64,000 bases of DNA from Cyanidioschyzon merolae. Lineage: Eukaryota. The stretch's first letter is position 1. Every line of letters starts with the position of its first letter. Below the pieces are notes generated by a model that saw nothing but the letters and a program-made list of their open reading frames with translations, was not told where the DNA came from and made no database searches. Positions 42,400 to 52,975 of the stretch are shown here, piece after piece. The position numbers were made by a program, and so were the translations under genes. The stretch lies in NCBI GenBank assembly GCA_000091205.1, contig AP006484.2. The stretch is one strand, 5' to 3'.

Positions 42400-43850
42400 T
42401 GAACACACACTAGGGTCAGTATGGAACGAAATGGTGCCACGACCATAGAGCGCATATATAAACTCACTTGCAGACGCCTCCAAAACTTTTTTGACTGGCC
42501 CTCTGGACTCGGGTTCAGCTTCTCCATTTACATCTCGAGCATGACACAATGCCTCTTAAAGTTGGATCTCGTCAGCTCCGTGGGTCTCGTGTTCAGCATC
42601 AAACTTTGTCTGATATTGATGGCGGCGTTAAAGTCTCGGTTCACGAACTCTACACGTTTATGGTAGCTTCTTGAACTCACCTTTGCTGAGATTCATCGAA
42701 CTCGCGCCCTCTGAGCCACTACAGTCTCGCTATCGCCACGTCGCGCAAACACTTTCTCTCGCCTATCTCTCATCGTTATAATCTTCTTGCTCTTTTTCGC
42801 TTGATTGTCAGCGAGAAGAGGACTTTTTCAGTTTTTGTCGGAGCTGGCGACTCCGGGTGCCCAAAACCCTCGACGTCCATGTTCATAACTTTCTCCTCGC
42901 TTTTTTATTTCCGGAAGCGAACGTACTTCTCTATGCCCTTGGGCGACGACCTTCCCAGAGCGAGAAGGACTTTCGCAAGAATGACGACATGTGCCCCGGT
43001 GTGTCGAAGTGTGCTGAACGCTTCAGCGATTCGCACAGTGGAGCGCTCATTACGTTTTACAATTTGGAACGCTTCTTCGATGGGCTCGAAAATTACACCG
43101 TTTGGAAGAATGGAAAGTAACTTTATCGAGATAGACTCGGCAAAAGCCCAAACGCAAGCAGAACGGTGGGAATGCCATGTTGTCCAATAGAAGAGCATCG
43201 CCAGACGTCAGCGGCAAAAGTCTTTAATGATTCGACGAAGTGGTTGGCGCTGTTGTACGTGCCTTCTCTACCATCGAAACTGAAGCCGCCAGACGAATCC
43301 GCTGCGCCTAGAACAGATGATTTCGTCGTTCTCTTCCCGTTGGTTCGTACATAGAATGATCTTCCCCACCGCGAATACCCATGTACGATCCGACCTTTTC
43401 GTGCGAAGGATGTCTCGTCACCTGAAAAAATGAACCGATGCCCCTGTGCTTCATATCGAAAGTGACGCTCCAGGAACGCTGTCGTTGCGATTTCGGTGGA
43501 AGATGTCCGTGAATGAAATAGAAATCTTTTTTGCGACTGTATCCAAGTATTTTCAGGACCACAACAACAAGCTGTTTAGAGGCAGAGACACCTGTTGTGG
43601 CTATTACCGTCGCTTTCGCTCTCCGTAAGGTGCTCAAAGGGTCGTTCTGTGCAATTGACCACGAACCGTCTTTGAGAATATCGGTTTTTGCAACGGAGCG
43701 CATATACTTGTTTCTTTCAGTGCTCCGCAACCGTCTGAGTTCTATGGTATCATTGACCTGAAGGAGGCATGCAGTCTTCATGCACTGTCCAGTAAAGAGC
43801 ATACATCTAACAGGCAATTCGTTTACGATCTATACGGTACATCGCAAAGT
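42400..43850 (-). mobile_element. Degenerate DNA transposon, copy A, with a frameshifted DDE-transposase-like pseudogene (PIF/Harbinger- or IS1595/Merlin-type C-terminal motif)
   Basis: It is collinear at the DNA level over about 1.3 kb with the reverse complement of 57650–59000, at about 75–80% identity. Minus-strand ORF fragments 43308..43817 and 42905..43198 share RIAEAF.TLRHTGAHVV with copy B. They contain ...PIEEAFQIVKRNER..., resembling the conserved E-x-x-F-x-x-L-K-R motif of DDE_Tnp_4 and IS1595 transposases. The reading frame is broken, so this is a relic. Confidence 0.55.
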
Positions 43851-44142
43851 AATTTCTTCCTCGTGCTGCACCCGGCAGCGCAAGTGGAACAGAATTGAAT
43901 TCGAAAGACACCATGCACGTACACACCTGAGCGAACTGACACCGAAGCGCGGCGTGTTGCTATCAAACTCGTGAGACTCGGGCGCGTTTCTGCTTTAGCG
44001 GCGGTCTCTTGACGGTGCTTTGGCAGCGCGGACGCAACTGAGGGAGTCTGGTTCGACTTACTGGTGTTTCTGCAGTCGAGAAACGCCAACGAAATCTGGT
44101 TCGGCGTAAAGCGCTGCGCGCTGTGTTTTTATGATGTCCTGA

Positions 44143-44694
44143 ATGCAGGCGTTAGACCGGCGAGTTCAAGTGTCTGAGGAGACGGCTAGTGATGTCGGTG
44201 CGGATGCGGCGGACGAAGAAGAGGCAGTTGTAGGAGGCACGGACTATTTCAGTCTTCTAGGACTCCACTTCGATCCGAGTGCGCCGCCCAGCGCCCAGCA
44301 AGTCGCACAAGCTTACCGCCAGGCAGCCAAGCGCTATCACCCAGACCGAAATCCGGCTAGCCCAGCAACAGCTAAACGACACTTTGAACGTATCTATCGC
44401 GCCTACGAGACCTTGAGAAACGCGGAAACACGAAACGCGTATATAAGTTGGCTTCTGCGGCAGCGGTCTGGAGCCGATTTTTCGTACAGGGTTGCTCCAG
44501 AGCGGCGAAGAACGTACCTCAGCATGCGCAGTCGACGGCGTCTTCAGTTTCGCCGCGAGCTCGAAGCACGCGAACAGCGAACAAGTGCGTGCTACCGAAA
44601 TCGAAAGCAAGAAAAGAACGTAGAATCTCTAGGGCCTTTATCGACAAACCGTCAGAGCGCCTCCTCTCGTGATGCTCCGGCCACAGAGTCATGA
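44143..44694 (+). CDS. J-domain (DnaJ/Hsp40-type) protein, 183 aa
   Basis: DYFSLLGLHFDPSAPPSAQQVAQAYRQAAKRYHPDRNP...RIYRAYETLRNAETRNAY is a canonical J-domain with the HPD tripeptide. Confidence 0.7.
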   Translation: MQALDRRVQVSEETASDVGADAADEEEAVVGGTDYFSLLGLHFDPSAPPSAQQVAQAYRQAAKRYHPDRNPASPATAKRHFERIYRAYETLRNAETRNAYISWLLRQRSGADFSYRVAPERRRTYLSMRSRRRLQFRRELEAREQRTSACYRNRKQEKNVESLGPLSTNRQSASSRDAPATES

Positions 44695-45022
44695 GAGATG
44701 CAACTGAGCCGAGCATTGCCACCAGAGCATGGATGTTGAACGGGCGCCTTTACGGTTTGTAACCATTTCACCGAGTCAAGATAGTCACCGAGTAGAAGCC
44801 GTGGCAGCGCTATCCATCCTGATGCGACGCCACGATGAAAAGCCCGTGTCCGCCACCTCGTCCGTGAGTTGCTGCGGGTTACCACCGGCGCGGTAGTGCA
44901 AGCGATATACCGCGTTGCGTTCGTGCGAACAGTGCTGTCTCTACGCGGCATAGGATTGTTTCCGGACATCACGGTACCCTGGAGTTCCAGAGGTCGAGCG
45001 ACTTGCGGACCCCTGGTGCGCG

Positions 45023-45475
45023 CTACGTGTCGTCGCCGCGGAGAGCCCGTTGCAAGTTGCGTCGTCCCGAGCCTGTGATAAGCAAAAGCGGCCAGATCAA
45101 CGTGAGTATCAGCTTTGAAGAAGAGTCGAAGGTTGTGCGCTCAAAACCTCGATAGAAGCGATATGCAAAATAGAGGTAAAGAACCGCTACCAACCAGTTG
45201 GGAACCAGTGGAATCAGGCCTGCGAGGTGCATTGAGGCACCTTTGCTATGGAGCCCCGAAGCGCTTGGCGCCATGCCTGCCTCTTCTGCCGCACCTGACG
45301 AGACCAGGCATAGTTTGATAGGTGCTGGCTTTGTGCGCAGGGCCCGTGCGCGTCGCAAGTTCAGGTGAGGTTCGCGTGCTCCGGCCCTGGTGGCAGCAAA
45401 CGAAACTGAGTGACCAGTCCGACCAGCCAGAGGTACAAGTCCCCAACGGGCTGTGGCGGCAAGCTCAACGAACAT
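45023..45475 (-). CDS. Hypothetical small protein with presequence-like N-terminus and two predicted TM helices
   Basis: The 150-aa ORF has hydrophobic segments LIPLVPNWLVAVLYLYFAYRFY and LILTLIWPLLLITG. The N-terminus is basic and hydroxylated. No motif is recognised, and the ORF could be spurious. Confidence 0.3.
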   Translation of the reverse strand: MFVELAATARWGLVPLAGRTGHSVSFAATRAGAREPHLNLRRARALRTKPAPIKLCLVSSGAAEEAGMAPSASGLHSKGASMHLAGLIPLVPNWLVAVLYLYFAYRFYRGFERTTFDSSSKLILTLIWPLLLITGSGRRNLQRALRGDDT

Positions 45476-46081
45476 GCCGACAGAACCAGAGATTCACTAT
45501 ATGCGATATTCGCTATTTGGTGGGACGTGTCCTAGCACACACCAAGTTCGTAGCGCTTACGGTGCGCGCTGAGCGCGCTCGACACTTTTGAGAACAGCGC
45601 TCGAAAGCGTGCACCGAGATCCACGGCGCTAGGTGTACAGACGGCCATCTTCTGCCCGTGTCCAGCGAGGGGCGATTCTGAAGCAGGCACCCCGCACCCC
45701 AGTGTGCACATCCTGCATGCGATGGTAAAATCGAACGTGCAGCGGATGCGCGCGTACGGCCATCACTGGCGCGTCTGAGCAGTGTTCCCCTAAGAGCGCC
45801 GTCTATAGGATTCCACGGACTTGTGAGTGTGCTCTAGCGGCAACTTGGGGCTACTCACACCGGCAACTCGAGAAGGCAGCGTCGACGCTTAGAGGCAGGC
45901 GCTGTGATCAGAGGGCGGTGTGTGGTGACTCGGGACTTTTTTCATCGTCTGGCACCAGTAGGCGGTACCTGCGTTGGTGCTCGGAGCACCAGGGTGTCAC
46001 AGCGTGCCTGTTTGACACTGATCAGCGCTCGGGCACGGGAAGCAACGCAACAACGGCCAAGGTGCTGTCGAAACTGGAGCC

Positions 46082-46804
46082 ATGCCGACGTCGCAGTCGT
46101 CGAGTGTGGCAGCGCTCGGGGGCACGCAGGGATTTGCCCGGAAAGAGCCTGCGACTGGCTCCCAAAGCGCAGTGCAGCGTGTTGTCGAGGCAGTTGCCGA
46201 GCGTGTGGAGGCTATCCTGGACGGGGAGCTTCGGGAGCAGGAGCGCGGCGCCTCTTTCGGCGCTTCTGCGACGACGACCGAGACGGACCCCGAGCTCGAA
46301 GCGCTGCGCGAGCGTCGTCTGGAGGCGCTGAAGCGAGCAGCGGCTGCGCGCTCGCGATGGTGCGCGCTCGGGCATGGTAGGCTGCATGAACTTGATGACG
46401 AGGAGGCGCTCCTCGAGGCCTGCCGATCCTCAGAGCGCGTTGTTGGCGTGTTTTGGCGTTTGCGAACAGCGCCCGAAACCCAGCCGCTGCAGGATGCGCT
46501 TGCACACGCGTTGCGTTCCCTGGCACAGCAGCATCTGGAGACGCGCTTTTGGGTCGCTGAGGCGGAACGGTTTCCGTCCATGTGCGAGCGGCTCGGCGTC
46601 CAGGTCCTACCATCGATTCTGCTGATCCGGAACCAACAGGTCGTGCGCACCTTTGCCGGTCTGGGCGAGTGGGTCATTGCGGGCCGCGCTGGAGTGCGCT
46701 TTTCATCGGAGCGCCTTGCGAAAACGCTTCGGCGGCACCGGATCACCGGCGTGAGCCTGCACCCTGATGCCGAGTCCCGCGACGCACCATCGGATTCGGA
46801 TTGA
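46082..46804 (+). CDS. TXNDC9: Thioredoxin-domain protein of the phosducin-like PhLP3/TXNDC9 family
   Basis: GHGRLHELDDEEALLE...RVVGVFWR...HLETRFWVAEAERFPSMCERLGVQVLPSILLIRNQQVVRTFAGLGEW is collinear with TXNDC9/PLP1 (GHGEY.EI..E..F......VVCHFY...HLETKFLK.N.EKAPFL.ERL.IKV.PTL.L.KDG...D...GF..LG). Confidence 0.8.
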   Translation: MPTSQSSSVAALGGTQGFARKEPATGSQSAVQRVVEAVAERVEAILDGELREQERGASFGASATTTETDPELEALRERRLEALKRAAAARSRWCALGHGRLHELDDEEALLEACRSSERVVGVFWRLRTAPETQPLQDALAHALRSLAQQHLETRFWVAEAERFPSMCERLGVQVLPSILLIRNQQVVRTFAGLGEWVIAGRAGVRFSSERLAKTLRRHRITGVSLHPDAESRDAPSDSD

Positions 46805-47738
46805 GGACGAGACGTGCATGGCGGCGTCGAGCTCGAGCTGCGTACCTGTGCAGCACCTCGTGTGACTTTAATAAACATTTCTGGACGTTCGCTCACGTGT
46901 TTCGACAACGTTCATAGAGCGTGCCCGGGACCTGGGTCCCGCAGTGGTGTCCTGCATTCCGTCTCCGGGCAGATGCATCCGCCCCGTCAGATCGACGCGT
47001 ACCAGTTCCATCCTTGTCGCCATCGAGACGCCGCCAACAGGCAACAGTGATTTGGAGGACGTATTGCGCGTTTTGCGAAAATTTGGGTGCCCGCCGACAT
47101 CAGAGGCTGCTTGCGGATAATCGCTGCGAACTGGGCGGATGCGCTTTATTCGTCGCGCGGTGTCGTTGCAGGCACATCCGTGGTAGTCACGACACTGCGA
47201 ACGCGCCGTGCTGTCGCCCAGCGCATGTCGCTTTGAGGCGCTCTCGCCCAAGGTACAGAATGTGCGCGTTACCTGCACGTACACGGATCGGCCCATCCTT
47301 CGATGCAATGGACGTGATCGACGTGCCGCTATCGACGGCCGTACGCATACGTGCATCCGTACTGTCAGTAGTGCGTATGCCCCCAAGGGATGCGCCTTCG
47401 ACGCCCTACAGGTAGCTGTGACGTGCTATGGATACCGGCTATTGGGGTACGCGCTACCTCCTGTTCGCAATCGAGGCGTCGTTCGGTGAACGTCCGGCAC
47501 TCGGCAGGTCGCTGGCTCCACGAAGCTGTCGTTGTTTAAAGAAAAACCGTTCTGGAGTCGGTACAGCGTGAGCGCATCTGCGGCGGAGCACACGTCGGTG
47601 CGCTGGTATCCGGGCGTGTTCGCGCACGGTATCGGCGGTATCGGACAGGAATGATGGAACGCGTCCCGCTGAGGGCATATGTTTGCTCTGTACAATTACA
47701 TTCTAGAATGTTCATGATGTCGTGAGCGCCTGCATCGA

Positions 47739-50700
47739 TTGCCTGAAATTTTGAACGCCCGCTATCGGGGCGGAGCAGAAGCGCTGTGGCCCGCGTCCAC
47801 AGCAGCAGTGCCCTTGTGTCGCTCTCTAGGTCGTTGCGGCAGCTCTGGCTCCGGCAAGGCGGCAACCGCTCGTCGCTTTGGCTTTGATTTCTACATGTCA
47901 GGCGGCCGTGATGCGACTCCCGAGGCCAGCGACTCGGAGAAGTGGGTTTTGGGGTCGAAGCAAGCGTTAAACCGCCGTGCGGGACAGCTGGACGCAGTGG
48001 CGACGGACGCGTATGCGCAGGCACCCGACCAGGCCAGCAGCGCGACGAGCGAGACATCGGCTTCGAGTCACCTGAAGCGCCCGACACGAGAGACCCTGGA
48101 GAAGTTGCGCCTACGCGTTCAGCAGCTTCGAGGTCGTCGCCAGTCGGCGGAGCAGACGCACAGCAGTGCTTCGCGCTCGCCGTGCTCACCGACGCGAAGC
48201 GCCGAGGGCCTGATGACGCCGCCGCTACTGCGCTTGCACGTTGTGGCGGCCGTCGGCACAGGAGGCGATGCCGCAGATCACCTGATACCGGCACCAGTCG
48301 ACCCAGGGGCTACGTCGCCGCAAGCGCAGCGCACAGAGACACCTGCAGCCGTAGCGCCGCATCCACGCACCTTGAGCGCGTTGCCGAGCGCGTCTTGGAC
48401 TGCAACGTTCCGCGAGGTGTTCGGATCCTCGCCTCTGACTCTGGTTCCACCAGCGTATCGGGAATATGCGTTCGAGGCGCTGGAGACTGCGCTCGCCCGT
48501 GCCGACACCACGCACCTGCGGACACTCGCCGCGCGGCCGTCGTGTCCGAGTACTTGGCTGTCTTTCCTGCAGTCGCTGGAGCGGGCACTCCTGCCGAGCG
48601 GGATGCCACCGCGTACCCCCACCACCGACGCCAGGGCGCGTGCAGTGTTGCGCCTCCTGCAGCGGCTCTATGAACGGGCAACGCGGGCGGTGCCTGCGCG
48701 AGGCCACCGACGAAACAGCGACTATGTCGAGCTCTGGCTGGGAGCCGTCCGCTTTCAAATGGCACTCACAGAGCAGGAGGACGCCGAGGAGCTACGAGAT
48801 ACTTTTCGCTACCTGAAAGCAGAGCGCATTGGCGAGCATGACCCGCGCATCTGCGAGCTATGGGCGCGTTTCGAGCGGCGATTGGGAAACGAGCGCAAGG
48901 CGCGAAAGCTCGAAGAGGAGGCAGCTGCTCGGCGAGAGGCAGCTGAGCAGTTTATGCGCGGCACGTGCTTCTGGCTGTGCGCGTCATCGGACCCTGAAAA
49001 CGCCGTGCCCGAAGTGGTGCGCAGCGCGCACCATAGCAGCGGCCACAGCGCCGACGCGCCCGATGCCGCCTCTCTGCTGACGATCACGGCGGATGTGTTA
49101 CAGCCCGCTGCGCGGGTTGGCAAGGCACCATCTGGTGCGGGGCTCGCCACCGCGCTCGACCCAGCCGCACTGACCGGGTTCAGCACCGCGACCGGCACTG
49201 GTGCCGGCATTCCACCGCCAGATGAGGACGCCCCAGCGACAGCCATGTCTTGGCATCGCTCCGTGGAGACTGCTCCAGAGCAGCGCGCCACGCTCTCACC
49301 ACCGCACCAAGCGTCTCGCGATGAGCATCGCGCTCGCACTGCCCTCGACGCTGCAGGCGGTGCAGAGGCGGCGCTCTCATCACCGCGCATCGACCGGGAT
49401 CCGGCTGCCTCGACGACACCCCCGCCGTGGACGCGTCTCCGGCAGTCGCCACAGGCAATCGAACTCGCAGTGGATGCGGTGCCGGCCCGGCAATCCTCGA
49501 CGACCGATCGCTGGCCGATGCAGCGCGCTCAAGGCGACCCCGAAGCCAGTCAAGCGCCTCACATTATATCTCGTAATGTGCCTGCTGGTGTGCCTGATGG
49601 TACCCAGGCGGCGCCGGATGAGCGCCCGGCTGCCGCGGCATCGAACCCGATCGACAGCAAATCGCGACGATGCGCGGGAAACGATGCATCCGCAGGACAC
49701 GTGTCCATCAGAACAGGTGCGTGCGTGGCACCCGCAGCGCGAGAAGCGCACGCACCGACAGCGCAACAGCCCCGCGGGATGCAGCGCTCCGTCGACGGCC
49801 CTGTTGCCGTGCAGGGATCGGCAGTTGCTGAGGCTGCAGCGGCGCCCCGTCGACCGCTGCGACGCCTGGACGCTGGGAAGGAGAATGTGGCTCCATCTGA
49901 CGGTGGTGACGGCACGAGCCTGCTGAGCCTACCGCCAAGCCTCGCCGACACTGTGGTGCACGTTGGTGGATACCCGTACATCAAGCTAGAAATCGTCGGG
50001 CGTGGGGGATCTTCCAAGGTGTTCAAGGTGATGTGCGCGCGAACCCGGAAGATTTTCGCGCTGAAACGCATTCGCATCCGCAAGGCCGATCGCGAGACGC
50101 TCCGGAGCTACTGCAACGAGATTGCGTTGCTGCAGCGCCTCCGCGGCCGCGACAATATCATCCAGCTGATCGCTTCGGAGGTGCGCGAGCACGCTGGTCT
50201 CATTTACCTCGTCATGGAATGTGGCGAGATTGACCTCGCGAGGCTGTTACTGCGCAACGCTGGACGACCCATGCATGCGAACTTTCTGCGTCTCTACTGG
50301 CAGCAGATGCTGGAAGCGGTTCATACCATTCATGAAGAGCGCATCGTGCACTCCGACCTCAAGCCAGCCAACTTTCTTTTCGTTGAGGGTGTCCTGAAGC
50401 TCATTGACTTTGGCATCGCCAAGGCGATTCAGAACGACACCACCAACATTGTCCGCGAGAGTCAGGTGGGTACCCTGAACTACATGTCCCCTGAGGCAAT
50501 TCTGGATACCAACGAGGCAGCTTCCGCTGGCGCCAGCGGCGAGACGGCGGCGGCTCCCTCGCGGCGCCGCTACAAGCTGGGACGCCCCAGTGACATCTGG
50601 TCACTCGGCTGCATCCTGTACCAAATGGTGTACGGTCGCACGCCATTCTCACACCTGAACGTGATTCAAAAGCTCCGCTGCATCACGGACCCGACGTACG

Positions 50701-50915
50701 ACATTGCGTACCCGCCTGTGGCTGGGATCCAGGGCATAGGCTCGGAGGCATCGGCCGCAGCGCTCATGGATACGCTACGACGTTGCCTGCAGCGGGATCC
50801 CGTTCGAAGGGCCAGCATCCCCGAGTTGCTCGCGCACCCGTTTCTGAATCCGGATGTACCGTTTGTGGATGCTGCGAGTGCTCCGAGCAACCAGCCAGGC
50901 ATTCGAGAACAGTGA
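47739..50915 (+). CDS. MPS1: Mps1/TTK-family dual-specificity protein kinase (spindle-assembly checkpoint kinase)
   Basis: The C-terminal kinase domain has IVGRGGSSKVFKV, a Gly-loop with the Mps1-specific GGSSKVF. It also has ...IYLVMECGEIDLARLL, HSDLKPANFLFVEGVLKLIDFGIA, and VGTLNYMSPEA. The ~700-aa N-terminal region is low-complexity Ala/Pro/Ser-rich, and the true start may lie downstream of 47739. Confidence 0.8.
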   Translation: MPEILNARYRGGAEALWPASTAAVPLCRSLGRCGSSGSGKAATARRFGFDFYMSGGRDATPEASDSEKWVLGSKQALNRRAGQLDAVATDAYAQAPDQASSATSETSASSHLKRPTRETLEKLRLRVQQLRGRRQSAEQTHSSASRSPCSPTRSAEGLMTPPLLRLHVVAAVGTGGDAADHLIPAPVDPGATSPQAQRTETPAAVAPHPRTLSALPSASWTATFREVFGSSPLTLVPPAYREYAFEALETALARADTTHLRTLAARPSCPSTWLSFLQSLERALLPSGMPPRTPTTDARARAVLRLLQRLYERATRAVPARGHRRNSDYVELWLGAVRFQMALTEQEDAEELRDTFRYLKAERIGEHDPRICELWARFERRLGNERKARKLEEEAAARREAAEQFMRGTCFWLCASSDPENAVPEVVRSAHHSSGHSADAPDAASLLTITADVLQPAARVGKAPSGAGLATALDPAALTGFSTATGTGAGIPPPDEDAPATAMSWHRSVETAPEQRATLSPPHQASRDEHRARTALDAAGGAEAALSSPRIDRDPAASTTPPPWTRLRQSPQAIELAVDAVPARQSSTTDRWPMQRAQGDPEASQAPHIISRNVPAGVPDGTQAAPDERPAAAASNPIDSKSRRCAGNDASAGHVSIRTGACVAPAAREAHAPTAQQPRGMQRSVDGPVAVQGSAVAEAAAAPRRPLRRLDAGKENVAPSDGGDGTSLLSLPPSLADTVVHVGGYPYIKLEIVGRGGSSKVFKVMCARTRKIFALKRIRIRKADRETLRSYCNEIALLQRLRGRDNIIQLIASEVREHAGLIYLVMECGEIDLARLLLRNAGRPMHANFLRLYWQQMLEAVHTIHEERIVHSDLKPANFLFVEGVLKLIDFGIAKAIQNDTTNIVRESQVGTLNYMSPEAILDTNEAASAGASGETAAAPSRRRYKLGRPSDIWSLGCILYQMVYGRTPFSHLNVIQKLRCITDPTYDIAYPPVAGIQGIGSEASAAALMDTLRRCLQRDPVRRASIPELLAHPFLNPDVPFVDAASAPSNQPGIREQ

Positions 50916-51055
50916 GAAACGCAGGTCCCATCGGACGCAGCCTCAACACAGCGCTTGTTCCATTGGTGATCGAAGCTTGCATCAATATGTATGGCCCATC
51001 CATCCATCCTTGGATATCGCCTCCGGCAGCTCGCAGTCCAAAGCACAAATGCTCG

Positions 51056-52039
51056 CTAGATGTGCCACTCCAGCTCCCCGCCGAGCGATTTTGGTAGGCT
51101 ATCGTTCGGAAAGTCGTGGCGGAACGTTGGCACGATCTCCGACTCTGGCACCCAGTGTATTTTCGCGCGCGTCTTATCCTCAATGAATGGTGACAATAGT
51201 CGATAAAATATATGGATATGACGACTATAGTGGATAATGTAAACTTTTCCTAGTCGCTCTGGGTAGTGGTTCTGTACAAGTCGAATCATATCAGAGTAGC
51301 ATCCTAGTTCAGCGTTATGAAAGACATCAAACCCGTGTCCGAGGTCGAAGACGACCGTAAAGCGCTCCTGACTATGCGGAAACGGCGACGAGTGTTCGTC
51401 TACGGCAGCGGCATCCGCCGCGTAACAGCAGTGCTCGAGCAGTGCTATCGTCGCTGCTCGAAAGGCATCCCGGTTCACGTCCCGCTTGCGGAACAGCACC
51501 ATTTTCCCGTAGAGTAGCCGATGGCCGTAGTTGTTGCGCGCACCAGGGACCAGCGTGAACGGGAAGCACGCAGCAGGATTCTTGATGATCTCCTCTCGCG
51601 CTATGCAGCAGACCTGCGTTCGGCTCCTCCACAGCAGCGTATCCGTGAAAAGTGCATACGCGGCATCGACACGAAAGTCACGTGCGCGTAAAAACTGAAG
51701 AAGAACACGTCGCCGATGCTCCAGTGAATGGTTCATGAACGCGAGCATCGCGTCAACGTGTCCGCAAGCTTTCGGTTTCAACTGGTCGCCGTCGGCACTC
51801 GCGTCGACGGCATCGTCTTCGGTGCGAAGGTCCTGGCTATTGTAATCCGACCGAAAACGTCTGGGAAGAACGTCTTCCGTGACGAGTTGCCGCTCGAAGG
51901 CACTGAGCGCATCTGCTTGAGCTCCAGTCAGGCAACCGGGATAGCCTGTTTGCGGGTTCAGTACTGAGTCGTAAGTTGCGTTGTCACAGTGGTAACGGCC
52001 TCTCGCAGACTCATTAGAAAAAATTCCGAAGAAATTCAT
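51056..52039 (-). CDS. Sec14-like phosphatidylinositol-transfer protein (CRAL-TRIO domain)
   Basis: LLQFLRARDFRVDAAYALF is the CRAL-TRIO N-terminal helical motif. RLGKVYIIH...FIEDKTRAKIHWV...LPKSLGGE is the conserved core and C-terminus of the Sec14 domain. Confidence 0.8.
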   Translation of the reverse strand: MNFFGIFSNESARGRYHCDNATYDSVLNPQTGYPGCLTGAQADALSAFERQLVTEDVLPRRFRSDYNSQDLRTEDDAVDASADGDQLKPKACGHVDAMLAFMNHSLEHRRRVLLQFLRARDFRVDAAYALFTDTLLWRSRTQVCCIAREEIIKNPAACFPFTLVPGARNNYGHRLLYGKMVLFRKRDVNRDAFRAATIALLEHCCYAADAAAVDEHSSPFPHSQERFTVVFDLGHGFDVFHNAELGCYSDMIRLVQNHYPERLGKVYIIHYSRHIHIFYRLLSPFIEDKTRAKIHWVPESEIVPTFRHDFPNDSLPKSLGGELEWHI

Positions 52040-52210
52040 CGATACTACTGCAATACCGGTCCTCGTAAGGGCTTTCGGTGAGACCTCGTTGACTGGAGCG
52101 CCCTACCCAGCATGCCACACGTTCAAGAGCATCGCTAACCTGCGTGTCCCAAATATCGGCATTGCCGGCGGACTGGCCGCGCCCGCCGTCTGCGCTCGCC
52201 CAAGCTGGCT

Positions 52211-52305
52211 CGCGCTGCGTTTCGACCCCCGCGGGAATGCGTGCTTGAGCGGCGCGCTGCGTTTCGACCCCCGCGGGAATGCGTGCCTGAGCGGCGCGCT
52301 GTTCT
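52211..52305. repeat. Tandem duplication, 2 x about 45 bp (gcgctgcgtttcgacccccgcgggaatgcgtgc[t/c]tgagcggc)
   Basis: Direct reading of the sequence. It creates the duplicated peptide in spurious ORFs 52089..52337 and 52103..52411. Confidence 0.85.
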
Positions 52306-52879
52306 CAGTATCGCTCCGACGCGGAGTTCTGCTCTGAACGCAGCTTCTTTTCGAGGTGCAACGCGGTGTCGTGCTTGGGCGTCGCAGCGCGAGCCGCCCG
52401 GCCTCGAGCAAGACAGCTCGATATGCCGCGTGGCTGCTACGACGTCGTTTACCGTGCCGAGACTAGGTCGCTCGCGTGCCGCGGAAAAGGCGATAGCTTG
52501 TTCGTGCGGGAGGAATGCAGAACCTAACCAGAGACTTTGGTTAAAAAGCAGCACGAACCGTGCTCGATGTCGACGGCGCCCGCACAGCTCAGGCAGATAA
52601 TCGCTGTGCACAGCAACGTGCAGGCGCAACTGCAGGCCTGCGAAGTCGAGCATTCGGGCGCTGACTCGGAGCGCAAAGCAGCACGCAAGAACGACAAGTA
52701 CTGGTCAGGGAGTGCGCAGTGTGCACGCACGCAAAATTCCCACAGCGCTCTAGTGAAGTGCGCTTGGAATGCTCGCTGCGCACCTGTACCCTGCACAGCA
52801 CCAGTGCCGTCGTGCGCCTGGTGCCGCGTTGCGCGCAAGTTTGCAGGTGCACGCATATGGGCATGCACGCATAGCCGAA

Positions 52880-52975
52880 TATACACGTGTCCCAGTGCAT
52901 GCATTGTCGACTGTACACGTGTCCCAGTGCATGCATTGTCGACTGTACACGTGTCCCAGTGCATGCATGCGTGCT
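52880..52975. repeat. Tandem repeat, about 2.9 x 32 bp (acacgtgtcccagtgcatgcattgtcgactgt), within a GCACGCAT-rich block (52.5–53.2 kb)
   Basis: Direct reading of the sequence. Surrounding DNA is rich in (g)cacgca/tgcatg motifs, similar to 15250..15330. Confidence 0.85.

Noticed and set aside
45997-46908. 303-aa minus-strand ORF overlapping the TXNDC9-like gene. Similar long antisense ORFs lie opposite Mps1 (47536..48294, 48225..48758, 48809..49390, 49559..50083), opposite CHLH, opposite MnmG (7122..7631) and opposite Nup98.
   Set aside because: They are Arg/Ala/Ser/Pro-rich with no motifs. They lie exactly antisense to well-supported genes in GC-rich DNA, where stop codons are rare. They are classic shadow ORFs.
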